Shown in pieces: positions 17,905-26,169 of a DNA stretch of 64,000 nt (positions within the stretch are counted from its first letter, which is position 1; each line of letters opens with the position of its first letter). The notes beneath the pieces are model-generated. The model made no database searches, had not been told where the DNA came from, and worked only from the letters and a program-made list of their open reading frames with translations. The translations under genes were made by a program, and so were the position numbers. The stretch comes from Verrucomicrobiota bacterium (GTDB lineage: Bacteria; Verrucomicrobiota; Verrucomicrobiia; Limisphaerales; J093), in NCBI GenBank assembly GCA_022710935.1, contig JAKLFY010000014.1:31041-95040 (forward strand), written 5' to 3'.

Positions 17905-18154
17905 CGGGCAGTTCCCGCTTGAGTCCTTGATCGATGAGCATGGGGTCGTGGTCGGGGGTCAGTCCGACCTGTTTCATGGCGCGGGTCAGTTCGCGCCGCC
18001 TTCGGTTCTTACGGGGAGTCGGAAGGCTCCCCGTTGAAAACCAGGAACAGCGGTGACGGCTTGGGCTGGTGGAACCGTGAGTCCGGTCCAACCCGCAAAA
18101 CACCCAAGGACCGGACGGACGGAGTCTCTGTTGCTGTGGAGCACGTGCCACAAC

Positions 18155-18334
18155 TTAGTGCGTCGGCTGCGCGATGACAAACTCCACCGTGCACGGTGTC
18201 CGGCGTTGGACCTGCAACCGCTGAACCGTCGCGGCCATCTCGACTGCGTAGCGTTCGCACAGCGCAAACGCCGCGTCGGGGGACACGCGAACCGAGCGGT
18301 CGTCCGCCGCTGGCCAATCGGGCAGGTCGAGCAT
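18155..18334 (-). CDS. Hypothetical small protein (59 aa)
   Basis: ATG at 18334, TAA at 18155. About 85-90% G/C at third codon positions, falling markedly upstream of the ATG. Balanced composition (MLDLPDWPAADDRSVRVSPDAAFALCERYAVEMAATVQRLQ..). No family recognised. Confidence 0.35.
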   Translation of the reverse strand: MLDLPDWPAADDRSVRVSPDAAFALCERYAVEMAATVQRLQVQRRTPCTVEFVIAQPTH

Positions 18335-18606
18335 TTCAGGTTGGTCCAAGGTGAATGGGGGGCGGGATCCAGAGCGCAGTCGTACGTTGCCGCGCGTGAT
18401 CGGATGTCCGGGCTGCGCCGGGCAGGGCCAACCCGCCTTTGCATCGACCGAGCGAAGGGCAAGCAGTCGATGCAAAGCCTGGTTGTCCTTCGCTCGGTCG
18501 ATCGGGACAGGCAGGGGCGTCTTCTGCTCTGGCGATGAGTCTGGCGATATGTTTGGCCTTGAAGATTTCCTGTGACAATCTTCCGCGGACCGGCCCTAGA
18601 AACACG

Positions 18607-21600
18607 ATGAATGCTGGCAAATCGAGTTCCGCACCAGATCCCGAACGCGGGCAGAAGCAAACCCCGCGTGTGGAGGCCGCGTCGGAGACGCTGGCCGACC
18701 TTGCCGGAATCCTTGACCTGTACCTGGCCGATCTTCAGGCGGGCCGAAATCCCGACCGCGCCCGGCTGCTCGAGAAACACCCCGGGCTCGCCACCCATCT
18801 GGCGCGAGCGCTCGATGGCCTGGAGTTCATCCATCGCAGCTCGGGGGGCCCCGCCACAGCGCCGGCACGGCTCGGGGATTTCCGCATTGTGCGCGAGGTG
18901 GGCCGGGGCGGCATGGGCGTGGTTTACGAGGCGGAGCAGGTCTCGCTGCGGCGGCGCGTCGCGGTGAAGGTGCTGCGCTTCGGAGCGGTGGCGGACGAGA
19001 TGGCGATGCAGCGTTTCCAGCGCGAGGCGGAAACCGTGGCCCTTCTGCACCACACGAACATCGTGCCGATCTTCGCCATCGGAGCGGAAGCGGGCGTGCA
19101 TTACTACGCGATGCAGTTCATCGAGGGTCGCGACCTGGCCGAGCTGGCGCGGCGCGACGGAGGGGCAGGCGGCGCGGAGAGTCCGCTCGAGCCGCGCCAG
19201 ATCGCGGACTGGGGTTTGCAGGCGGCGGAAGCGCTGGCGCACGCCCATCGGCGGGGCGTCATTCACCGTGACATCAAGCCGTCCAACCTGATCCTCGACC
19301 ACGACGGACGCATCTGGTTGACCGACTTCGGCCTCGCGCGGCGTGTGGACGACGTTGTCCTCAGCGTGGCCGGCGCGCTGATGGGCACGCCACGCTACAT
19401 GAGCCCCGAGCAGGCGCGCGCTTCGATGAACCCGGTGGATCATCGCACGGACATCTACAGCCTGGGGGCGACGCTCTATGAGCTGGCCACCGGGCGTCCG
19501 ATCTTCGACGCGAACACGGCCCACGAGGTTCTGTCGCAGATTCTCCACAACGAACCGCGCCCGCCGCGGCAATGCCGTCCGGACCTGCCGCGCGAGTTCG
19601 AGACGATCATTCTCAAGTGCCTGGCCAAGGAACCGGCGCAGCGCTATGCGACCGCGCAAGCGCTGGCAGACGACCTGCGCGCGTTCCTCGAGGGCCGGCC
19701 GATCTCCGCCCGCGCGCTCAGCCTGCCGCAGCGGGTCGGGCGCTGGGCCCGGAAGCACCGGCGCACCACCACCGTGGCCGGCGTCTCGGCCGGCGTCTCG
19801 CTTGTGCTGGCCGTCGGTGGCTACCTGGTCTGGCAGGATCGCCAGCAGGCCCGGCTCGCGCGGCTTTCCTTGAGCACCGACACCCCGAACCTGCTTGCCG
19901 AAATCGTCGATGCCCAGGGTCAGGGTCGCGCGCCGGCCTTTCCCGTGCCGTCGGCCGAACCCGTCACGGTCCCGGCGGGTGCGCTGCACCTGCGGCTCTC
20001 CGCCTCGGGCCTGCTCAGCGAGACCTGGCCCATCGAGATCGCGGCGCGGCGGGACCAGTCGCTCCATGTGCAGTTGCAGCCGCGCTGGCTGTGGCCGCCG
20101 GCAGAGGTGAACACCGCCGAGCATCCCGAGACCCGGGTTGTCACCCTGCGGGGGCATGCCGATCTCCTGGTCCAGGCCAGCACCCCGGACGAGAAGGGCG
20201 GCGCCGGCATCGTGCGGCGGGTCCGTTTGCTCGACGGCGCGACCGGCAAGCCCGCCTGGCGAGGCGATCTGGTCCTCGATACGAATTCCCTGCCCCCGGG
20301 CCGCAACCTGGAGGAATGGAAAGCACTGCTCGCTCCGGCCGGCCTTGTCTACCGCATCCGTGACACCGGGCTCGAGCAGCGGACGCACGACGTCGACGTC
20401 GACGGCATCGGCGATCTGGTCCTGCTCTCGCGCACCACGCCCTCGCTCGTCGCGATCTCCGGCGCCGACGGCCAAGTGCTGTGGTGGGCGCGCGCGCGGC
20501 CGGCGATCGAGACGGTGGCGCACGGTGGCGCTGAACCGCCGCGTCTCGAACATGCCGGACGCGGCTTTGTCGTGGGGGTGCCGGCGGTGGCCGACGTGGA
20601 TGGCGACGGCGCGCCGGATTTCCTGGCGTGTTTCCACTTCGATAGCGACACGTATGCGGGCACCGGCCAGTCCCCGTTGCGCACCGGCCCACAGAGCGGC
20701 CTGGCCGCGATCTCGGGCCGCACCGGCGCGATCCTGTGGCAAGCCCGCATCGCGGAGGACTGGAGTCAGTACCTCCATTCCTCCGGCCCGGCGGACAAGT
20801 ATCAGGCGCTCTGCCGCCCGGCCGTCGGGCAAGTCAACGGACGCCTCGCGGTCGGACTGGTGGAGAAGACGCGTCTGCTGGGCTTTGACGCGCAAACCGG
20901 CGACCCAGCCTGGCCGCCGCTGGAACTCGGTTTCGAGCCGCCCCGCGCTCCCGAGTTTGCCGATCTCGATGGCGATGGCGAGAGCGAGGCGCTGTTCCTG
21001 CGATGGCGCGAGGACGCGGCAACCGGTGGCGCGAGGCCGAGCGGTGTTTTTGCCGAGGAATCCTCGCTGGATCTGAATGCGGTGTCACTGCCAGAGGGCC
21101 GGTCGCGCTGGAACAAGCCGTTCAGTTTTGCGCCCAAATGGCAGGCCCATGAACTCAAGAAGGCCGACCGCCACCTCACCACACTCTCGGACCTGAACGG
21201 CGACGGACGCCCCGAAATCCTGCTCTCGGGCGGTTATCGGACCGTGAGCGCAGGCACCCGGTTGACGCTCGAGTTGGTGGATGGCGCGACCGGCACCAAC
21301 CGCTGGCACCGGTTGCTTTACGCGCGAGACCTCCTTGGCCCGGCGTGGAACGCGGATCAGTTTGTCGCCGGACCGGACCTCGACGGCGACGGCTGGCGTG
21401 AAGTCGTTTTGGCGTGGGACGGCTACGACGAGCCCAGTCGCAAGCACGGCCTGTTCGTGGCCGCGCTTTCCGGCGCGGATGGACGATGGTTGTGGCGCGT
21501 CCATCAGCCGGGTCTGGGTGAAGTCCGCGCCCTGGCCTGGTGGCATGCGGGCGCGGATGGCTGGCCGATGCTGCTGGTCTCCGCGCGGCGCGCCAGCGGC

Positions 21601-24009
21601 GCCCAGCATCTCACGCTGGCTCTGGGCACCGGCACCGGCCGCATCGAGCACATTCTGCCTGACGTGGCCGAACCGCATGTGGCGGATTTCGACGGCGACG
21701 GCATCGCCGACCTCTTCTACACCGTCTCGCCCCAGGGCGCCCCGCGCCATCTGGTGGTCCGAGGCGCGGTGCCGGAGGCCTGGAAACAACTTGGCGATTG
21801 GCGGGCGGCGGCGGATTTCAACCAGGATGGTTTCACGGACCTGGTGGGCATTGCGGACGCCGTTGTGACCGCGCGGTCGGGGGCGGATGGACGGATCATC
21901 TGGCAGGCGACCAAGGGGCCGCGCGACTCATCCATGGAAGCGCCGCGGTTGACGGGGGACTTCAACGGCGACGGCATCCCGGACGTGCTGGCGGTGGTGA
22001 ACGCGTGGCGGCAGGTGTCACCGCAGGGCTTCGGCTCGAAGCGCCTGCCCGCGGCGTTCTCGGGCAAGGACGGCCGCCAGCTCTGGATCGCCGACGATCT
22101 CGACATCCTCGGCAACCTCGCCGCGACCAGCGGCATGAACTGGTCCTGCCGATATCCGTCGTTCGAATCGGCGGATCTTGCGGGCGACGGCGCCGCGGAA
22201 CTGATCGCGCTGCATAGCGGCCCCGGCATGACGCCGAGGCTCTCCGTGGCCGAGGGCGGCGACGGCCGCGTGCGCTGGACCACGCGCATGACCCGCGGCG
22301 GATTCGGCCTGCGGCCATCACCCGCGGGACGTCCGCTGGCGGACTTCAACGGCGACCGCGTGCGGGACTTCGCCCTGTGGGTGCCGGAGCGCGACGACGA
22401 TTCCGATCACGGGCCGTTGCAGTTGAGCGTGCTGGACGGCAACACCGGACAGCGGTTGTGGACAAACTCGTCCGCGGTGACGGTGCATCACCCGGACCGG
22501 CTGATCTGGCCTGAGCCGGCCGTGGCCGATCTCAACGGTGACGGCGTGCCCGAAGTGCTGGTCAACCGCCACGGCGGCTTCAACCAACAAACCCTGAGCT
22601 ACCACTGCGAACTCGTCACGGTGGATGGGCGCGATGGCCGTCCGCGCTGGACCTGGGGGTGGCAAGGGGGCTACCCACTCATGTGGCCGCCGGTGATCCT
22701 CAGGCCAGTCGCGTCCGGCCCACCGACGATTTGCCTGATCGTGGCGACCAACGACGTGCCCACCCTGGTGGCGCTGGATGCCTACGGCCGCGAGAAGCTG
22801 CGCCGCCGCCTCAACCTGCCGGGGCCTCAGTTCGAATACGGGCGCCACGTCTGGCGCGCGGCGGATGTGGACGGCGATGGGCGGGAGGAATTGGTTTACC
22901 TCGATGACGGTCACCTGTGTGTGGCGGGGGGCGAAGAACTGGAGCTGCGCTGGCGCCATTCGCTGTCCAACGAAGCCGCGCGGCTCACCGAAGTGCACGC
23001 CTCCGCGCCGGGAATGCGCGCCACGTTGACGGTGTGGACCGGTTTGGACGCGTTCGGCCTGGACGGGGCCACCGGCCAGCCGCTTTGGCGTGCGCGCCCG
23101 GGAACGGAGTCGCATCCCGGCACCTGGGAGGACTCGCAAATTGTTCGCCTGAGGGCGCCAGGCACGGATTTGCCGCGGCTCCAGCACCTGTTGCCGGTCG
23201 ACACGGGCTATCGCGTCAAGTCGGTGGTGGCCCAGTCCTGGCCGGTGGCGCCTGGCGGCCAGTACGTTCCCCCGAAAGCGACTCCGCGCGCCTATCCGCC
23301 CGTGCCGGCCATGGATCTGCCGCAGCGGCGCCTGCCGTGGGCACAACGCGATGTGGCCGTTGTCCTCTCAGGCTCGGTTGCGATGCTGCTGGTCGGTCTC
23401 CCGGCGTTGCTGGTCGCCTGGGCGGTTCGGCGGCGGTCCTGGGTGCTGGGGCTGTTGCCGCTGGGCTGGGCCGGCATAAGCCTGCTTCTGCCGTGGCGCG
23501 CGGTCCTTCCAGGCACGATCCTCCTGGGCTACGCCCTCTGGCTGGTCATCTGGGCCAGTCGCGACCGCCGGTGGTCCGTGGCGGGCGTGGGTGTGGTCCA
23601 GACAGCTTTGGCCGCAGGGATTCTGTTGGGCAGCCTGCGGGTCGGGCCCCTGCCGGGGCAACCGGCATGGCGCGTGGGCCTGGAAATGGCGCTCCTGGGC
23701 CTGCCGGCACTGGCGTTTTGGGCGTCGTGCGGCCGGGCGGTCTGGCAGCGGCGCTGGCGAACAGTGCGCACGCTGTGGATCACGTGCGCGCTCGCGAGCC
23801 TCGTCGCCGGGACGTTGTTGCTTCTGACCGACCGCTCGCCCTACGAGGCGGACGAGAAGTACGCCTGGGGCGGCGCTTACCTGATCGTGTTGGTCGGGGC
23901 GAGCCTGACTGGGTTGGGGAGCCTGGCCGAGCTGGTGTGGCGGAAAGCAGCCGAAGGGATAGGTTGGTGGCGCGCTCGAAGGCGTCAAGCGGCCCATCCG
24001 GCCCAATAA
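18607..24009 (+). CDS. Giant transmembrane Ser/Thr protein kinase with FG-GAP/VCBS beta-propeller ectodomain and polytopic C-terminal membrane domain
   Basis: ATG at 18607 (MNAGK). Hanks kinase motifs: GRGGMGVVYEA, VAVKVL, HRDIKPSNLILD, DFGLAR, GTPRYMSPEQ. One TM segment (VAGVSAGVSLVLAVGGYLVW). At least 11 Dx[DN]xDGxxD Ca-loop motifs (DVDGDGAPD, DLDGDGESE, DLNGDGRPE, DFDGDGIAD ..). About 6-7 hydrophobic helices in the last 230 aa. 1800 aa. Confidence 0.9.
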   Translation: MNAGKSSSAPDPERGQKQTPRVEAASETLADLAGILDLYLADLQAGRNPDRARLLEKHPGLATHLARALDGLEFIHRSSGGPATAPARLGDFRIVREVGRGGMGVVYEAEQVSLRRRVAVKVLRFGAVADEMAMQRFQREAETVALLHHTNIVPIFAIGAEAGVHYYAMQFIEGRDLAELARRDGGAGGAESPLEPRQIADWGLQAAEALAHAHRRGVIHRDIKPSNLILDHDGRIWLTDFGLARRVDDVVLSVAGALMGTPRYMSPEQARASMNPVDHRTDIYSLGATLYELATGRPIFDANTAHEVLSQILHNEPRPPRQCRPDLPREFETIILKCLAKEPAQRYATAQALADDLRAFLEGRPISARALSLPQRVGRWARKHRRTTTVAGVSAGVSLVLAVGGYLVWQDRQQARLARLSLSTDTPNLLAEIVDAQGQGRAPAFPVPSAEPVTVPAGALHLRLSASGLLSETWPIEIAARRDQSLHVQLQPRWLWPPAEVNTAEHPETRVVTLRGHADLLVQASTPDEKGGAGIVRRVRLLDGATGKPAWRGDLVLDTNSLPPGRNLEEWKALLAPAGLVYRIRDTGLEQRTHDVDVDGIGDLVLLSRTTPSLVAISGADGQVLWWARARPAIETVAHGGAEPPRLEHAGRGFVVGVPAVADVDGDGAPDFLACFHFDSDTYAGTGQSPLRTGPQSGLAAISGRTGAILWQARIAEDWSQYLHSSGPADKYQALCRPAVGQVNGRLAVGLVEKTRLLGFDAQTGDPAWPPLELGFEPPRAPEFADLDGDGESEALFLRWREDAATGGARPSGVFAEESSLDLNAVSLPEGRSRWNKPFSFAPKWQAHELKKADRHLTTLSDLNGDGRPEILLSGGYRTVSAGTRLTLELVDGATGTNRWHRLLYARDLLGPAWNADQFVAGPDLDGDGWREVVLAWDGYDEPSRKHGLFVAALSGADGRWLWRVHQPGLGEVRALAWWHAGADGWPMLLVSARRASGAQHLTLALGTGTGRIEHILPDVAEPHVADFDGDGIADLFYTVSPQGAPRHLVVRGAVPEAWKQLGDWRAAADFNQDGFTDLVGIADAVVTARSGADGRIIWQATKGPRDSSMEAPRLTGDFNGDGIPDVLAVVNAWRQVSPQGFGSKRLPAAFSGKDGRQLWIADDLDILGNLAATSGMNWSCRYPSFESADLAGDGAAELIALHSGPGMTPRLSVAEGGDGRVRWTTRMTRGGFGLRPSPAGRPLADFNGDRVRDFALWVPERDDDSDHGPLQLSVLDGNTGQRLWTNSSAVTVHHPDRLIWPEPAVADLNGDGVPEVLVNRHGGFNQQTLSYHCELVTVDGRDGRPRWTWGWQGGYPLMWPPVILRPVASGPPTICLIVATNDVPTLVALDAYGREKLRRRLNLPGPQFEYGRHVWRAADVDGDGREELVYLDDGHLCVAGGEELELRWRHSLSNEAARLTEVHASAPGMRATLTVWTGLDAFGLDGATGQPLWRARPGTESHPGTWEDSQIVRLRAPGTDLPRLQHLLPVDTGYRVKSVVAQSWPVAPGGQYVPPKATPRAYPPVPAMDLPQRRLPWAQRDVAVVLSGSVAMLLVGLPALLVAWAVRRRSWVLGLLPLGWAGISLLLPWRAVLPGTILLGYALWLVIWASRDRRWSVAGVGVVQTALAAGILLGSLRVGPLPGQPAWRVGLEMALLGLPALAFWASCGRAVWQRRWRTVRTLWITCALASLVAGTLLLLTDRSPYEADEKYAWGGAYLIVLVGASLTGLGSLAELVWRKAAEGIGWWRARRRQAAHPAQ

Positions 24010-24015
24010 CCCAAC

Positions 24016-24648
24016 ATGTCATCCAACCCCACCGAGATCGGGCGTCTGATCGTGGCATTCCGCGCCGGCGATGTGGCCGCCGGCGACGTCTTGCTGCGAC
24101 GCTACCAGCCGTGGCTGAAGCTGCTGGCGCGCGTGCAACTCGAAAGCCGATTCCACGCGAAGCTCGATCCGGCCGACGTGGTCCAACAGGCCATGCTCGA
24201 GGCGGTGCGTGCCCTGCCGCAATTCCGCGGCGGTTCCGAAGGCGAATTCACCGCCTGGCTGCGTCAGATTCTCACCCACGCGCTGGCCCGTGAAATCCGC
24301 CGTTACGCCGGCACGGCCAAGCGCGACGTGGCGCGCGAGGCGCCGATCGAGCAGGAGCTCGCCCAGACCGCGCAACAGTTGGGTGACCGGCTCGCCGCCA
24401 CGGGCACCTCGCCAAGCCAGCGGATGATCAAACACGAACAGGCCGTTCTGCTGGCCGACGTGCTCGAGCGGTTGCCGGAGGACTTCCGCGAGGTGATCAT
24501 CCTGCGGAATCTCGAGGACCTGCCTCACGAAGAAATCGCCCGTCGCATGGGACGAAGTCCGGGCGCCGTGCGCATGCTCTGGGTGCGGGCGCTGGCCCGG
24601 CTTCGGGAGGAGCTTCAGTCTTCAACGTGCGGCATCCGGCGTGGATGA
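24016..24648 (+). CDS. ECF-type sigma-70 family RNA polymerase sigma factor (Ser/Thr-kinase-associated type)
   Basis: Starts 6 nt after the kinase stop. Region 2 (DVVQQAMLEAVRALPQFRG..FTAWLRQIL) and region 4 HTH (VIILRNLEDLPHEEIARRMGRSPGAVRMLWVRALARL). 210 aa. Confidence 0.85.
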   Translation: MSSNPTEIGRLIVAFRAGDVAAGDVLLRRYQPWLKLLARVQLESRFHAKLDPADVVQQAMLEAVRALPQFRGGSEGEFTAWLRQILTHALAREIRRYAGTAKRDVAREAPIEQELAQTAQQLGDRLAATGTSPSQRMIKHEQAVLLADVLERLPEDFREVIILRNLEDLPHEEIARRMGRSPGAVRMLWVRALARLREELQSSTCGIRRG

Positions 24649-24663
24649 GGCAGAATTCGCGGC

Positions 24664-24828
24664 ATGTCTTTGACCCATCCCACCGCGGCGCTCGTTTCGG
24701 AGACGAAGAGGTTCACCCTCAGCCTCGCCATCCTGCTCGGGTTGGCCACGTGCGGGGGCTTCCGCAGCCAGGCCAGTGACGCCGGGGAATTGGATCCGAC
24801 ATTCGCGCCGACTCGGAAGGAAATGTGA
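24664..24828 (+). pseudogene. Truncated remnant of a secreted repeat protein: signal peptide plus the first ~10 residues of a GELDPTF-type (delta-60/beta-propeller repeat) mature domain
   Basis: Own translation: MSLTHPTAALVSETKRFTLSLAILLGLATCGGFRSQASDAGELDPTFAPTRKEM*. It stops after 54 aa, immediately after the motif that normally opens a long repeat domain. Not in the track because it is under 60 aa. Confidence 0.45.
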
Positions 24829-24942
24829 CGCGCGGGAGAGAGGCCGGAATACACGCGGGCAGTCCGCGAAACTGAATGGGCCACGAGGCTGCGCCCAGGC
24901 AAATGACTCGAGTGAAGAACCCGCTCAGGCCTCTGAGTGGAA

Positions 24943-24968
24943 TCAACTGTATAGATGCGACCCCATTG
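24943..24968 (+). repeat. Conserved 26-nt motif, copy A: TCAACTGTATAGATGCGACCCCATTG
   Basis: Read directly. Lies 114 nt downstream of the stop of the 24664..24828 remnant on the same strand. Confidence 0.85.
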
Positions 24969-25261
24969 TCTTGCTGAAGCCGTCTTCCGCGGCCGGCGCG
25001 GGTTCGATGTGAACAACCACATGCTCGACGGCCAGTGAAGAGGACTTGAGTCGATCGCTGACCTGATGCCCGATCTCATGGCCGCGTCGCACCGTTGGAT
25101 CGCCAGCCATCTCGACCATGGCCGTAGGGGTGGTCCGGATCGGGGGGCAGTGACGCAACCTTGAGTCCCGTCCGGACGACCAGCGAACTGATGACGTCCG
25201 CGGCGGATTCGATGCCGTCACGCACTTGACTTGGAGGCGTGTCGGGAGGATGTTGCCCCAC
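24943..25261 (-). pseudogene. Cation diffusion facilitator (CDF) transporter wreck with a large internal deletion and a frameshift
   Basis: Two minus-strand frames carry CDF signatures. One is DGIESAADVISSLVVRTGLKVASLPPDPDHPYGHGR (TM2/loop). The other is VEMAGDPTVRRGHEIGHQVSDRLKSSSLAVEHVVVHIEP (C-terminal domain). They abut at about 25080-25100, and roughly 200 codons of the TM core are missing. Confidence 0.55.
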
Positions 25262-25353
25262 GCCAAGCCAGTCCCGACCAGAGCCATCGAGGAGCGTGGA
25301 GCGGTGGCGAGGTCGAGCTGATTGTCGCGGCGGGCAGCCGAGAGGACAAAGCC

Positions 25354-26169
25354 ATGAAGCGCGGGTTCGATCCTGGTTGTAGCGAGGAGCCGTTTCGGAG
25401 TCTGGCGCAGGAGTACCCCGGGGAGAGTGCGTATCCCCCTGACCAGTTCCGGGTCGAGTGGGGACCGATTTTCCACCGCGGGAGGTTGGACGGCTCGGCG
25501 CGGGTGCTGGTCATCGGCCAGGACCCGGCACAACACGAAGCGGTTGTTCGGCGCATTCTGGTGGGGGAAGCGGGGCGGCGGATCCAGGGATTCCTTGCCA
25601 AGCTGGGGATCACTCGCAGTTACGCGATGATCAACACGTTCCTTTACAGTGTCTACGGTTCCGTCAAGGCCGCCACGCGAAAGAACCCGGTGCTTGTCGC
25701 ATATCGCAACCGATGGATCGACGCGTTGATGGCCAGCGGGCGGATCGAGGCGGTCGTCGGGCTCGGGGTGTCCGCGCGGGAGGCGTGGGAGTTGTGGAAG
25801 GCGACGCCCGCGGGTCAGGCCTCGACTGTGGCTTTCGCTGCGATCACCCACCCGACGCAGCCGGAAAGCGCCTCCGGAAAGGATCGAGCCAAACTCGAAC
25901 AGGCGACCAAGACATTGCTGGCTAATTGGAACCTCGCCTTGAGTGCCTTGGCTCCGGCGATCACCCATCCGGATGTCCCGCGCCCCATCAAGCCGTACGG
26001 GACGGCCTGGGCCGATGGCGACCGGACCCCCGTGCCCGAGGGCGACATCCCCGCGGGATTGCCGGCGTGGATGCACGAGCAGGACGGTTGGGCAGCCCGC
26101 AAGGGCAAGGACGACCTCGCCAAACGCCGCAACATCACCATCACGGTTCCCAAAGGAGTGGTCGCATGA
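25354..26169 (+). CDS. Uracil-DNA-glycosylase-superfamily protein (divergent, cytoplasmic)
   Basis: ATG at 25354, with GAGAGGA upstream. Motif-A-like ARVLVIGQDPAQHEAVVRRILVGEAGRRIQGFLAKLGI. The conserved Asn is in YAMINTFLY. Motif-B-like AFAAITHPTQP. No signal peptide. 271 aa. The track ORF starts at a TTG (25231). Confidence 0.65.
   Translation: MKRGFDPGCSEEPFRSLAQEYPGESAYPPDQFRVEWGPIFHRGRLDGSARVLVIGQDPAQHEAVVRRILVGEAGRRIQGFLAKLGITRSYAMINTFLYSVYGSVKAATRKNPVLVAYRNRWIDALMASGRIEAVVGLGVSAREAWELWKATPAGQASTVAFAAITHPTQPESASGKDRAKLEQATKTLLANWNLALSALAPAITHPDVPRPIKPYGTAWADGDRTPVPEGDIPAGLPAWMHEQDGWAARKGKDDLAKRRNITITVPKGVVA

Noticed and set aside
25360-25385. tRNA T-arm-like string GGGTTCGATCCTGG
   Set aside because: It lies inside the UDG-like CDS (codons for RGFDPG). 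The flanks cannot form T-stem, acceptor or anticodon arms. I found no tRNA in the window.
24943-26076. 377-aa minus-strand ORF opposite the UDG-like gene
   Set aside because: Only its last ~45 residues (the CDF C-terminal domain relic) look protein-like. The rest is antisense to the motif-bearing UDG-like gene.
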